A DNA stretch of 64,000 bases from an uncultured Candidatus Saccharibacteria bacterium (GCA_964521095.1 CAZFPJ010000001.1:224166-288165), one strand, 5' to 3'; shown: positions 27,470 to 37,619, counted from the first letter of the stretch. A program made the numbers and translations. Notes: generated from the letters alone by a model not told the origin.

Positions 27470-28585
27470 TTATCCCTCGCTCTTTACTTTTATAATACCA
27501 TCTGCAAACTCTACAGATAACGACTGCCCGGACCGAACCTGGCTAGCTCTACTAACATAGCGCCCCGACACATCTCTTGCCAATGCATAACCTCTCTTCA
27601 GAGGGGCTTTGGGGTCGAGCAAGGCGACCATATCACGCAAAGCTTTTGTCCTATTTTTTGCCGTATTTATTTTAGACAGAACCAAATCGTTAATAGTTTT
27701 TGTATTCAAAGTTACATCCTGTTGAGCTATTTTTATAACACTCTTTAACAAGTAGTCCACCTCTTTGCTCTGTGCGACAACATACGCTTTTTCTGCAGTC
27801 CTGTCTGGTACCAAAATCTCACCAGCATTGCTGGGGGTGCTAGCTCGTCTATCTGCAACCAACTCCGCCAGACTCTCGTCTGTTTCGTGACCAATCGCAA
27901 CCAAAGTAGGTATACGACTTCCAGCTACTGCGCGCACCACAGCTTCTGTGCTATAAGCAGACAAGTCATCTACGCTACCGCCACCACGAATCAACACCAA
28001 CACTTCTGGGGGTTCTGACATCTGATTGCAGACACTGACAGCCTCTACGATCTGTTTCGGCGAATCCGCTCCCTGAACCTGTGTATCAAAGAGTAAAATC
28101 TCTACTCTTCCCCATCTGGCGTCTATTATTTTACGAAAGTCTGCTAGCCCTGCCGAAGCCCGAGAGGATATAACACCAACTCTTTCGGGTGGATATGGCA
28201 AGGCTCGCTTGCGAGATGGATCAAACAGCCCCTCTCTGAATAGTTTTTTTGCAAGCAAGTCCTGAGCCTTTTTGATAGATCCTTCCCCAGTTACAGTAAT
28301 CTCCTGGATCGTTACGCTAAAACCATACTGCGGGTGCAACCGAGGAGATCCCTGCACTTCTATTGTTAAACCGTCCTCTAGCGGGCCGGGCAATTGCCCA
28401 ACTGTACCAAAAAATTTTACGCTTGCTAGCTCGTCCTTTAAGTCAAAATACACCCATCTATTTCGGCTAATCCGAAAGTTGGATATCTCCCCAACAATCC
28501 GAACACTTGGGTACATAAAATTAACAGACTGATTAAAAACTGCTACAAATTCCGAAGCAGAAAATGTTGGTTCCGCTCCTATCAT
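27470..28585 (-). CDS. xseA: Exodeoxyribonuclease VII large subunit
   Basis: OB-fold N-terminus (VRIVGEISNFR...WVYFDLKD), RGGGS, and GHETD. Confidence 0.88.
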   Translation of the reverse strand: MIGAEPTFSASEFVAVFNQSVNFMYPSVRIVGEISNFRISRNRWVYFDLKDELASVKFFGTVGQLPGPLEDGLTIEVQGSPRLHPQYGFSVTIQEITVTGEGSIKKAQDLLAKKLFREGLFDPSRKRALPYPPERVGVISSRASAGLADFRKIIDARWGRVEILLFDTQVQGADSPKQIVEAVSVCNQMSEPPEVLVLIRGGGSVDDLSAYSTEAVVRAVAGSRIPTLVAIGHETDESLAELVADRRASTPSNAGEILVPDRTAEKAYVVAQSKEVDYLLKSVIKIAQQDVTLNTKTINDLVLSKINTAKNRTKALRDMVALLDPKAPLKRGYALARDVSGRYVSRASQVRSGQSLSVEFADGIIKVKSEG

Positions 28586-29634
28586 TTGGCTTTTTCTGGA
28601 CTATTAATAGCCTGATGATAAAAGAAATAACCTGGTGGCAACTGTATCGCTAGTGTCAGCACCCTATACATAATAGTCACCGGTATACTAAGTGCCGCCG
28701 GGACTCCCGCTGTAACCAAAACGGCAGTCATAAGCGCTTCATACACCCCAACCCCCCCTGGTAAAACTGAAATCAATCCCGCTGTATTTGCAACGCCGTA
28801 AGCCAAAATAACTGCCCCAATATTTACTGGTGAGTCAAAAGCTAAATACACTGCATAAATTGTAGCTATCTCGGTGAGGTTAGCCAAAAATGCCCATACC
28901 AACGGCCCTTTTAATCTACTAATGTCTTTCGTAATGATTATGTAGTTCTCGTGGAGTTCAAAAAACAACTCCCTAGCCTTTTCTACATTAATTGTCTCTG
29001 GGTGCTTTGGACGAACAACCTGGATCAGCCTGTTGAGCATCCGAGTAGCCTGAGTAAAGAAGGCGTCAATACGGCTCTCGCTACCAACGATATACGCCAT
29101 CATTAGTGTTGCTACCACAACCAGCGTAACAATAGAACTAGCCACCAGAATAGTTAAGTTATTGGCTTTGCCAGAAACCGCCAAAATAAACAAACCAACC
29201 AGCAAAAGAACCTGGAAAGATATAAATCCAGTCACAAAACGCATCATTTGCACCAGCGTCGACTTGCCGGCACTTACGCCCATGCTCTTCATCCGAACCC
29301 CAAAATATGAAAACCCAGAGACGCCCGCGCTCGGGAATACATGGTTTACAAAATTTAACTCTAACATTAGTTTATACAGCGGTTTATAGTCGACCTTTAT
29401 TTTTAAGATCTCAAATAGCTGTCTGTATAACACTGTATAGCTATGATAATTAAGCAGTTGCCAAAGAAGCACAAAACCAAGAACCCACAAATGAACCTGC
29501 TTAAGGTTACTAAAGGTATCAACAATCTCACCACGCAGTAAAAATATCAGCAAGACCAACGCTCCAAGCGTAAACCAAGTCAAAAACAATCGTAGTCGTC
29601 GACTTTTATGTCGCTGTTTTTCTTCCTCGCTCAT
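28582..29634 (-). CDS. Flippase-like/UPF0104 (lysyl-PG synthase TM-region-like) membrane protein
   Basis: 350 aa with about 8 TM segments. It has a basic N-terminus and a PGGVGVYE motif near the C-terminus. Confidence 0.55.
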   Translation of the reverse strand: MSEEEKQRHKSRRLRLFLTWFTLGALVLLIFLLRGEIVDTFSNLKQVHLWVLGFVLLWQLLNYHSYTVLYRQLFEILKIKVDYKPLYKLMLELNFVNHVFPSAGVSGFSYFGVRMKSMGVSAGKSTLVQMMRFVTGFISFQVLLLVGLFILAVSGKANNLTILVASSIVTLVVVATLMMAYIVGSESRIDAFFTQATRMLNRLIQVVRPKHPETINVEKARELFFELHENYIIITKDISRLKGPLVWAFLANLTEIATIYAVYLAFDSPVNIGAVILAYGVANTAGLISVLPGGVGVYEALMTAVLVTAGVPAALSIPVTIMYRVLTLAIQLPPGYFFYHQAINSPEKAK

Positions 29635-29661
29635 AGTTTTACTATTATACTAGACTTATCT

Positions 29662-30852
29662 ATGCAAAGTTTATTTATTTTAGGCCGACAACCCGACCTA
29701 GGCCTGGCCGAACTAGAGAGCCTGTATGGCTCGGCCAAGGTACAATCTGTTTCCAAAATGTCTGCAACCGTAGACATAGAGCCTAGTCTGGTTAATTTTG
29801 CTCGGTTGGGCGGTATGGTTAAATTTTGCAAAATATTAACCACGCTGGACACCACCAACTGGCAAGACATCCATCAATTTCTAATAACTACTGCCCCGGA
29901 ACACGCAAGTAGCCTGCAAGACGGCAAACTACGAATAGGGCTAAGTGCTTACGGTATTAAAACCAATCCAAAAGAACTTATGGCTACAGGCTTAGAGCTC
30001 AAAAAACACATTCGCAAATCTGGCAGGTCAGTTCGGCTTGTACCCAACAAAGAAACTGCTCTTAACAGCGCTCAGGTTTTACATAATCAGCTAACTAGCA
30101 AACTCGGCTGGGAGATAGTTTTTGTGCGAAGTGGTGACAAAACAATTGTCGCGCAGAGTATTGCTGTGCAAGACATCGAAGCCTACGCCAGGCGAGATCA
30201 AGCCCGACCAATGCGAGATGCCAAAGTCGGTATGCTTCCCCCCAAACTTGCCCAAATCATCGTTAACCTGGCTACTCCAAATATTCAGACCAATCTAAAA
30301 AGCATAGTCCTAGACCCATTTTGTGGCACAGGAGTAGTTTTGCAAGAAGCCAGCCTCATGGGTTACGGCACCTACGGCTCCGATCTTGATCAAAAAATGA
30401 TTGACTACACAAAAGCAAACCTGCAATGGCTAACAGACACCAACAAAAATCTACAATCCAATAGCGATAATTTTTACAGCCTAGAACAAGGCGACGCCTG
30501 CACCCACAGATGGAGTAGCTTTAACTCTATTGCGACAGAAACTTACCTAGGGCGCCCTCTATCTTCTCTGCCCGACACAAAAACTCTAACAAAGATTATT
30601 CGAGACTGCGACACTATCCATACAAAATTCTTAAAAAATGTAGCGAAGCAAACAAAACCAGGCTTTCGTATGTGCATTGCTGTGCCCGCCTGGAAAACTC
30701 ACAAAGATTTTAAACACCTACCCACCCTTGATAATTTAGCTGGGTTGGGTTATAATCGTACTAAATTTGTTCATGCAAAAGAACACGAGCTAATTTATCA
30801 CCGACCAGGTCAATTTGTAGCCCGTGAACTCGTAGTATTAGAAAGGATATAA
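29662..30852 (+). CDS. Putative RNA/DNA methyltransferase (UPF0020/Trm11-like)
   Basis: LPPKLAQIIVNLA and DPFCGTGVVLQEA (SAM motif I). I prefer the start at ATG 29662. The 29608 start in the ORF track overlaps the divergent gene. Confidence 0.7.
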   Translation: MQSLFILGRQPDLGLAELESLYGSAKVQSVSKMSATVDIEPSLVNFARLGGMVKFCKILTTLDTTNWQDIHQFLITTAPEHASSLQDGKLRIGLSAYGIKTNPKELMATGLELKKHIRKSGRSVRLVPNKETALNSAQVLHNQLTSKLGWEIVFVRSGDKTIVAQSIAVQDIEAYARRDQARPMRDAKVGMLPPKLAQIIVNLATPNIQTNLKSIVLDPFCGTGVVLQEASLMGYGTYGSDLDQKMIDYTKANLQWLTDTNKNLQSNSDNFYSLEQGDACTHRWSSFNSIATETYLGRPLSSLPDTKTLTKIIRDCDTIHTKFLKNVAKQTKPGFRMCIAVPAWKTHKDFKHLPTLDNLAGLGYNRTKFVHAKEHELIYHRPGQFVARELVVLERI

Positions 30853-30853
30853 G

Positions 30854-31126
30854 ATGTCAAAAGTTAAAGCAGGTGGTTCCAGTAAAAACAACCGAGATAG
30901 TGCCGGTAAACGGCTCGGCGTTAAACTATTTGGTGGCGAAAAAGTAAAAGTAGGCCAAGTCATCGTTCGTCAGACCGGTCTTACTAAACGAGCTGGCAAA
31001 GGCACCAAACTCAGCCGTAACTTCACAATCCATGCCGACCGAGATGGAACTGTCGCATACGGCACCCGAAAAGTTCGACTTTTTAGTGGCAAGACCGTTC
31101 GACGCACCGAAGTAACTGTCGAATAA
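30854..31126 (+). CDS. rpmA: 50S ribosomal protein L27
   Basis: KAGGSSKNNRDSAGKRLGVKLFGGE... is the canonical L27 sequence. There is no N-terminal propeptide. Confidence 0.95.
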   Translation: MSKVKAGGSSKNNRDSAGKRLGVKLFGGEKVKVGQVIVRQTGLTKRAGKGTKLSRNFTIHADRDGTVAYGTRKVRLFSGKTVRRTEVTVE

Positions 31127-31172
31127 CCAATAGAATAATAAAGTTGAGCTAATGTAAAAATTACGGCTAAAC

Positions 31173-31201
31173 TTGTAATTTTTCTTATAGTCAACTATAC
31201 T
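31173..31201 (+). promoter_or_regulatory. Candidate promoter TTGTAA-17-TATACT
   Basis: It lies upstream of the LPXTG gene. A GGAGAGGA RBS follows at about 31228-31235. Confidence 0.4.
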
Positions 31202-31238
31202 ATATCTTTGAGAAAATTATTGTATCGGAGAGGATATT

Positions 31239-31991
31239 ATGGAGCATTTGAGAGCATTGTACCAAGATAATGGCGTAAAGAGGTTGTTGTTAGCCGGCTG
31301 GATCCTTCTAACACTGACGACTTTTGCTACCCTGTCGTTTGCTATCCAAAGTCGGGCAGACGCTTCTGCTTCTAGGCCTTCTAGCAAATGTAAAACTTCA
31401 CGAAATATCATAAATATTTCAGGAACTACAGCCACAGCCACCTTTGATGTTCCCCGAGGATGCCCTGGCACCCATGTTTTGCTGGCTTCTTACACAGCGC
31501 CCAACGGGACAGACGGTAAGCCATATTCAGAACAAAAACTGTACTCCTCAAACCGCGCTAAGTTTGGTCCAGGCCGACACCAAATTTCTATCAAGATTCC
31601 AAATTGTTACTATCAGGTAGATCTTGCTCGTGGCACAGTGTTGCAAAACTTCCGTAGCACTACTTACACACAGTCGCCAAGCCATGTACTTATGGCAGCC
31701 CGACATGGTGGCAACCAATCTTGCGGACCGGTCACTCCGCCACCAGTACAGCCTCCTGTCACCCCTCAGCCTCCTGTTATCATCCAGCAACAACAAAGCC
31801 AGAGTCAAAGCACTGTAGTAAACAATAACATCACAACTGCATCGGCTAAACAGTCTGACGAATATGTACAATCAGGAACTGCACTACCAGAAACTGGCGC
31901 TAGTGCCGGCACAATAGTTGCAACTTTCTTTGGAGTAACTAGCATCAGCTCAGTGCTCTACAAAATAGCCATCTCTCGCCTCTTCGTCTAG
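31239..31991 (+). CDS. LPXTG-anchored surface protein
   Basis: N-terminal signal/TM segment. C-terminal sortase signal: LPETG, a hydrophobic stretch, then a basic tail. A Pro-rich linker (PPPVQPPVTPQPPV) is present. Confidence 0.75.
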   Translation: MEHLRALYQDNGVKRLLLAGWILLTLTTFATLSFAIQSRADASASRPSSKCKTSRNIINISGTTATATFDVPRGCPGTHVLLASYTAPNGTDGKPYSEQKLYSSNRAKFGPGRHQISIKIPNCYYQVDLARGTVLQNFRSTTYTQSPSHVLMAARHGGNQSCGPVTPPPVQPPVTPQPPVIIQQQQSQSQSTVVNNNITTASAKQSDEYVQSGTALPETGASAGTIVATFFGVTSISSVLYKIAISRLFV

Positions 31992-32023
31992 TCAAAAACA
32001 CGATACATCCTATGCCTAGCGCC

Positions 32024-32830
32024 TTAATTAATGCCTAGTTTTTGGCCGAAGCGGATGGCCTCATAACCTCTTGTCGTCAGAAACGGATGGCTGGCTAATG
32101 ATTGAGCGAACAGCTTCATCATACCGTGGCTAATCTTTTGCTGATACGCTATGCCCTCTTCGCCCATATCGGTAGCAAATCGTGATCCAACATATACTTT
32201 TGTTAGTGCTGTCACTACCGTGTGCGGGTCTTTGGTATAAGCTACAGCCATGCGATCAGCCGCAAGCTCTGCCCGGCGATTCCAGAAGCCAAATATCCAT
32301 CCAATTACCGGCCCAAGGATTGGCACCAAAGCCGCTATTGGCAGAGTGTATGCACTCACCCATGTATGCTTGAGTTTGACATGACCCATCTCGTGCACCA
32401 AAATACATCGCACTTCTTGCTCTGTTAGCTCTTCTACTACTGCCGAATGCAAAACAATTGTGTACGGCTTCATATAGCCAAAGGCAAAAGCATTAAGATA
32501 CGGATTTTGGCTGATAAATATATCAACCTGAGGCATATCCAAATCATGACTAATTTGGTCAGCCATAATTTTTAAATACTGATGCCGTCCATTTTGTACC
32601 CTCAAAGCATTACCAATGAAGCTAATCTGTTGCAACTTAATATAGAACAAAGCTAGTCCAAGAATAGACAATACGACTATCCACGAAAAGAAAAAGACCA
32701 CAGGGTTCCCGTCTATAATTTGGAGGAAAAGACCAATAAATAATATAAGTAGCGTAACCATCAAAACAACTGTATCACCCCTGCGTTTGACTTGTTTTAC
32801 AAGCATCTTAGCCGAGGCTTGATTATTCAA
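32024..32830 (-). CDS. M48-family zinc metalloprotease (HtpX-like)
   Basis: HEMGHVKLKH (HExxH) in a polytopic membrane protein. Confidence 0.8.
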   Translation of the reverse strand: MNNQASAKMLVKQVKRRGDTVVLMVTLLILFIGLFLQIIDGNPVVFFFSWIVVLSILGLALFYIKLQQISFIGNALRVQNGRHQYLKIMADQISHDLDMPQVDIFISQNPYLNAFAFGYMKPYTIVLHSAVVEELTEQEVRCILVHEMGHVKLKHTWVSAYTLPIAALVPILGPVIGWIFGFWNRRAELAADRMAVAYTKDPHTVVTALTKVYVGSRFATDMGEEGIAYQQKISHGMMKLFAQSLASHPFLTTRGYEAIRFGQKLGIN

Positions 32831-34100
32831 ACTTGGCGCCCTTTATAATCGAGTCTATTTTGGTTGCCTGCTCTTCATACACATCTAATCTTTCTAGTAC
32901 ACCGACAATGTAAGTTTTGCCAGTCTCAAACGAGATTACCATCCTCATCTTGAGAGCAATCTTTTCGTTAAGCTCTTTGTGCGTACAGATTATCTTTACA
33001 TTAACCTCAAGATACTTAAACTCGGGCGTAGTAACCGTAGGAGTTATGTCCGGAGAATCACTACACTCAGATGCAAAGCTCTCTTTGAGACCATCGCTCA
33101 TTGCCTTAGTCGTTTCATCTAAAACCCCAGGTTGCTGGAGGGCCTCTTTAATCTGAGCTGGCGTAGCACCGGCAAATTCTTTCTCTACTCCCGCCGATAC
33201 AATGACACCTCCGCTGTTAGAACCCATATAGTTTTTTGATGAACCGTCCTTTAGGTCAACTGTACTGCGAGCATACAATCGCATTTTTTGGCCATCCTCT
33301 GTTCCGTCGCTCTCGACAGAGTAGGTCTTGGGAGTATCAATAGTAACCTTTGCCCCATCTGCTTCAAAAGTTTTAGAAACAGTACTGCTGTAGTCAGGTT
33401 TTTGCAGGGCTCCTATGAACCCACCCACAAAACCAACCCAAAAACCAATTGAAATAATCGTAGTGATCAAGCCAATTACTATACTAACAATACCCGTTAT
33501 CAATAGTGGCTTTCGCTTGCCCCTGGAACCCTTAATGGCTGATATTATCCCTAAAACAAACCCTATCGGCGCAAATATTACTGTTAACACTAAAACTAAG
33601 GCAATTATGCCAAGGATTGGGCTCTTTTGGTCTTTCTCGTAATAATCCTGCCCTGCTCCAGAAGCCAGAGGACCACCCACAGGTGGCTGAGTAGTGTTCT
33701 GCGCTCCAGGCACTGTCTGTTGAGCGGGTTGAGCACCAAGCGCAGGCGGTATTTGCTGAGAGGGTTGCGGTTGAGTCTGGTCAGGCTGAGACGGCTGTGG
33801 ACCAAATCCTGCCGGGAACTGCTGTGGAGCAGACGCTACAGGTGAGCTTGGTGCTGATTGAGGCTGGGCGATGTCCTGCATCGGAAACGGTGCAGGTTGT
33901 GGCTGAGGGGTTGGCACAGGTTGTTGTGGCTGAGAAGGTAAACTCTCTGGGAACTGCTGTGGAGCAGACGCTACAGGTGAGCTTGGTGCTGATTGAGGCT
34001 GGGCGATGTCCTGCATCGGAAACGGTGCAGGTTGTGGCTGAGGGGTTGGCACAGGTTGTTGTGGCATCGATTGCTGATTAAACGGATCCTGGGGGTTCAT
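32823..34100 (-). CDS. Pro/Gln-rich repeat membrane protein (DUF4190-like TM pair plus C-terminal extracytoplasmic domain)
   Basis: 425 aa. The N-terminal low-complexity PQ region contains an exact 39-aa duplication within a 45-aa period. TM hairpins and a globular C-terminus follow. Confidence 0.7.
   Translation of the reverse strand: MNPQDPFNQQSMPQQPVPTPQPQPAPFPMQDIAQPQSAPSSPVASAPQQFPESLPSQPQQPVPTPQPQPAPFPMQDIAQPQSAPSSPVASAPQQFPAGFGPQPSQPDQTQPQPSQQIPPALGAQPAQQTVPGAQNTTQPPVGGPLASGAGQDYYEKDQKSPILGIIALVLVLTVIFAPIGFVLGIISAIKGSRGKRKPLLITGIVSIVIGLITTIISIGFWVGFVGGFIGALQKPDYSSTVSKTFEADGAKVTIDTPKTYSVESDGTEDGQKMRLYARSTVDLKDGSSKNYMGSNSGGVIVSAGVEKEFAGATPAQIKEALQQPGVLDETTKAMSDGLKESFASECSDSPDITPTVTTPEFKYLEVNVKIICTHKELNEKIALKMRMVISFETGKTYIVGVLERLDVYEEQATKIDSIIKGAKFE
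33814..34065. repeat. Two perfect 117-bp direct repeats with 135-bp period (in-frame, coding)
   Basis: 33814-33930 is identical to 33949-34065. An 18-bp spacer separates them. Confidence 0.95.
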
Positions 34101-34182
34101 AGACTATTCCTTTTTTATCTACTCTAAAGTGTTTATGATTACTAAAATAATAAACTATGTCCTCTGCATACTGCAAACTAAT

Positions 34183-35550
34183 CTAGTGCGTAGTTTTGTA
34201 ATCTTTAGAGAATCTAGCTATATTTTGCTTCAACTCCTCGATTCTATCTGCTGATATGTCCTCGGTCATGCCAGGCCCAAACACTTCTAGTGCTTTGTCC
34301 GGATCATCAAGACAATAGGCCGTAGCTCGCATCACATAAAACCCACCGTCCTTACTACGGCCAGGACCTAACATATATCCTTCGTTGTCTCCCATTCGCC
34401 CAAAAACAAACCCTGGAGGCAATTCAATCCCGTTAAATGTAACTGGCTCCGAGTTAATGTAAGTCTCTGCCCCGTGTTCTTTTGTCTTATAGATAAACGC
34501 CTTCCCTCCCATTTGCGCTTTTTCTGGACCGCTTACCGGATGGAAGCTATCGCTAAAATACACTTCACTATCCTTGCAATTGCCGTCTCTCATATGAACT
34601 TTACCTTTTGTAACAGGGATATCTGTCTCGAGGCTGGGCCTATCACCAATTTGATTAATCAAGTTAACCACTAGGTCAGTTGCCGAATCACCCGTATATT
34701 CTAGCTGGGCAGGATTACCGCTCGTATCTTTTAAAAACGATATGCCTCTCTCTGGCTGATTAATGCTTTTTGCAAGCTCTCTGGTTAGCCAAGCGTATCC
34801 ATTGCCATAACGGTCATCCTCTTCCAGCGCCAACTCTCTCACAGCTTCTTCCGTTAAGCCTAATCCAGCTTTATCAATAGCTCCAAGCAATGCCTTGCCC
34901 GAAGAAGTACTTATAAATATTTCCTGGTCCTTGCCTGCGTCTATCAACTCTATTACTGGCTTCATTGTGCCTTCATCTGTGTGCTCAAATTTGACCAAAC
35001 GATTCGCCCCTGGCTCCTCAAAATAATCCATAACAGACAGGCTGATGGGGTCATCCGGATCAAGTCTCACCCCAAGCTCTAGCTTGCCAACCCTCGCCAG
35101 CTCGTCTCTTTTTTGGATCTCCTCATCGTAGCTGTCAAAAATAGTAGACTGCAGTTCTTGTGCAATGGTCAGTATCTTTTGATGCACAGGTGATGCGCTG
35201 TAAATATCACGAATCTGTTGACTGCGTTCATCATCGGATATTTCATCATTGCCCTCGATTGTAACTATCCCGCCTTTAGCCACTGAGTACAATAATCCAG
35301 CATCTGAAAGCATTTTATAGTCTCGCCTATACTCATTTTTAGGAATATCTCGCTGGATAAAGCCAACATTATCTTCGGCAATCTTGCCAACTGCAAGGCT
35401 GTAGGCATTATCTACTACATGAGATAGCCGATGCATAGCACTCCTTGCCAACGCCTCCCGCCTAACCTGCATCAACTCATCATACATCTGAGCTCCTTCG
35501 GGAGGAGTCATCTGTTGTTCTACAGGCACAAGGGTTGGTGAGGCTTCCAT
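34183..35550 (-). CDS. Hypothetical protein (455-aa orphan)
   Basis: Long ORF with its own consensus promoter. No motif was recognised. Confidence 0.65.
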   Translation of the reverse strand: MEASPTLVPVEQQMTPPEGAQMYDELMQVRREALARSAMHRLSHVVDNAYSLAVGKIAEDNVGFIQRDIPKNEYRRDYKMLSDAGLLYSVAKGGIVTIEGNDEISDDERSQQIRDIYSASPVHQKILTIAQELQSTIFDSYDEEIQKRDELARVGKLELGVRLDPDDPISLSVMDYFEEPGANRLVKFEHTDEGTMKPVIELIDAGKDQEIFISTSSGKALLGAIDKAGLGLTEEAVRELALEEDDRYGNGYAWLTRELAKSINQPERGISFLKDTSGNPAQLEYTGDSATDLVVNLINQIGDRPSLETDIPVTKGKVHMRDGNCKDSEVYFSDSFHPVSGPEKAQMGGKAFIYKTKEHGAETYINSEPVTFNGIELPPGFVFGRMGDNEGYMLGPGRSKDGGFYVMRATAYCLDDPDKALEVFGPGMTEDISADRIEELKQNIARFSKDYKTTH

Positions 35551-35585
35551 TTGTATTTTTGTTTTATATAATTATTAACATATAT

Positions 35586-35614
35586 AATATAGCAAAAATA
35601 TTACTATTTGTCAA
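35586..35614 (-). promoter_or_regulatory. Sigma-70-type promoter TTGACA-17-TATATT (minus strand)
   Basis: Plus-strand tgtcaa at 35609-35614 and aatata at 35586-35591. It lies upstream of the 34183..35550 ORF. Confidence 0.45.
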
Positions 35615-35630
35615 CCGTTCACCTCTGTTT

Positions 35631-36008
35631 TTATGCTAAATGTTGTTTGATTCGTTCGACAACTTCGGCAATAACTACCTGAGACTTCACAAGGTAATCA
35701 TTTACGCCAAGTGCTCGAGCTCGCTCTTTGTCGCTATCTTGGCTAAGTGCAGTCAGCATTATCACCTTTGCGTTCGCCGTATCTGGGTTGTTCCGCAAAA
35801 TATCCAGTACATCAAAACCACTAACTCTGGGCATCATTACATCTAGCAAAATTAAGTCTGGCACAGACTGAGTTGCCGCAGCTATCGCCTCTTCGCCGTT
35901 GGCCGCTCGTTTGGTATTAAATCCTTCTGCCTGCAGTCGCATCTCATAAACACTGCCTAGGTTTTCGTCATCTTCTACTATTAAAATTGTTTTCATTTTG
36001 TCACTCAT
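35631..36008 (-). CDS. Single-domain CheY-like response regulator (canonical)
   Basis: ILIVEDDENL, DLILLDVMMP, VIMLTALS, DYLVKS. All phospho-acceptor residues are present. Confidence 0.85.
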   Translation of the reverse strand: MSDKMKTILIVEDDENLGSVYEMRLQAEGFNTKRAANGEEAIAAATQSVPDLILLDVMMPRVSGFDVLDILRNNPDTANAKVIMLTALSQDSDKERARALGVNDYLVKSQVVIAEVVERIKQHLA

Positions 36009-36032
36009 ATTGTTTATGCTAAACGATTTTTG

Positions 36033-37619
36033 TTATTTTTTCAAGCTACGGACAAATCCAACAAAGAGTGGATGTGGACGAGTTGGTCGCGAGTTAAACT
36101 CTGGATGGAACTGACTAGCTACAAAATACGGGTGTTCAACCGCCTCGATAACCTCTACCAATTCACCGTCTGGACTCAAGCCAACCGCCTTAATTCCCCA
36201 AGCTTCATATTGATCCCTATAGCTGTTGTTGCACTCGTAACGATGCCGATGGCGTTCATTAACAGTCGTATCACCATATAATGCTTGAGCTTTACTACCT
36301 TGCTCGAGCTTGCAGGGGTAATTACCCAGACGCATAGTGCCACCAGTGTTCTCTTTGCCCTTTTGGCCATTCATAGTAGCAATCACTGGATTCTTCGTAT
36401 CGGATGCAAACTCCGCAGAATTAGCGTCCTTCAGGCCAGCATTGCGAGCCGCCCCAATAACAGCCACCTGCAAACCCAAACACAAGCCCAAGTATGGTTG
36501 GTTATTCTTCAGAGCAGTCTGCGCAGCCAAGATCTTGCCCTCAACTCCTCGGCTACCAAAACCCCCAGGCACCAAAATGCCATCGTATTGCTTCAGGCTA
36601 TCTGATTTTTTGAGAGCTTCAGCATCTACCCACTCAATGTCCAAGTCCACACCTTCTACCCAAGAAGCCGCCCTTAGCGCTTCAAAAACCGAGATATAAG
36701 TGTCTTGATTGTCTAAATATTTAGCTACTACACCAACCTTATACACTTCGCCCGCAGATGATGTAGCGTTAGAAACCATTGTCTGCCATTCCCGATAATT
36801 AGGTTCTGGAGTTTTTAGCCCCAAATGATTTACGATCCGCTGGGCAACACCCTGCTCTTCTAGGGTGAGCGGTACCTGATAAATCGTCTCGGCATTTGGA
36901 AGCAAGGCTACTGCATCTTTATCTACACCACCGTGCAAACTTAGCTTACTGCGAACCTCTTGCGGAGGGGCTACTTCGCTACGAGACACCAAAACATCTG
37001 GGATAATACCAACTGCCCGAAGGTCTTTGAGGGCATTTTGGGCAGGTTTGGTTTTGATCTCTTTGCTAGCCCCCAAATACGGCAGATACACTACATGAAC
37101 AAACACACAGTTACTCTTGCCCAATTGCAGGCCAAGCTCACGAATCGCCTCTATAAACGCTGGGCTTTCGTAGTCACCAACTGTTCCACCTATCTCTACG
37201 ATATGCACATCAAAGTCTTTACTGGCCTTTAACACTGCCTCTTTAATGACGCCAGTGAAATGAGGCAACACCTGTACTGTTTGGCCTAAAAACTTACCAT
37301 TTCTCTCGTTCTGGATAAGGTCTCTGAGCAGTCTACCACTCATAACGCTACTATCCTGAGATAATTCTATGTCCAAGAATCGTTCATAATGTCCTAGGTC
37401 TAGGTCAGTTTCGGCACCGTCAGCAGTCACAAAACACTCACCATGCTCCGCCGGATTGAGAGTGCCCGCATCTACATTCAAGTATGGGTCAAGTTTTTGC
37501 AAGTTGACACTAAGCCCTCGCGCCTGAAGAGTCCGTCCAATAGAGGCCGCTGTTATGCCCTTCCCAAGTCCGGATAATACACCTCCGGTAACAAAAATAT
37601 ATTTTGTCTGCTTCGTCAC
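36033..37619 (-). CDS. pyrG: CTP synthase
   Basis: KYIFVTGGVLSGLGKG, a GATase domain with GLCLGLQ, and HRHRYE. GTG start with a GAGG RBS. Confidence 0.95.
   Translation of the reverse strand: MTKQTKYIFVTGGVLSGLGKGITAASIGRTLQARGLSVNLQKLDPYLNVDAGTLNPAEHGECFVTADGAETDLDLGHYERFLDIELSQDSSVMSGRLLRDLIQNERNGKFLGQTVQVLPHFTGVIKEAVLKASKDFDVHIVEIGGTVGDYESPAFIEAIRELGLQLGKSNCVFVHVVYLPYLGASKEIKTKPAQNALKDLRAVGIIPDVLVSRSEVAPPQEVRSKLSLHGGVDKDAVALLPNAETIYQVPLTLEEQGVAQRIVNHLGLKTPEPNYREWQTMVSNATSSAGEVYKVGVVAKYLDNQDTYISVFEALRAASWVEGVDLDIEWVDAEALKKSDSLKQYDGILVPGGFGSRGVEGKILAAQTALKNNQPYLGLCLGLQVAVIGAARNAGLKDANSAEFASDTKNPVIATMNGQKGKENTGGTMRLGNYPCKLEQGSKAQALYGDTTVNERHRHRYECNNSYRDQYEAWGIKAVGLSPDGELVEVIEAVEHPYFVASQFHPEFNSRPTRPHPLFVGFVRSLKK

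Noticed and set aside
29608-29661. The upstream start of the methyltransferase ORF given in the track.
   Set aside because: That extension overlaps the divergent 28582..29634 gene and encodes a hydrophobic junk-like peptide. ATG 29662 (MQSLFILGRQPDLG) is the more plausible start.
31217-31471. An 84-aa minus-strand ORF overlapping the start of the LPXTG protein gene.
   Set aside because: The + strand ORF has an RBS, a signal peptide and a sortase signal. The antisense ORF has no support.
33814-34065. The tandem repeat as a possible CRISPR or minisatellite element.
   Set aside because: There are only two copies, the period is a multiple of 3, and the repeat lies inside a long ORF encoding a PQ-rich repeat. 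It is a coding duplication, not a CRISPR array.
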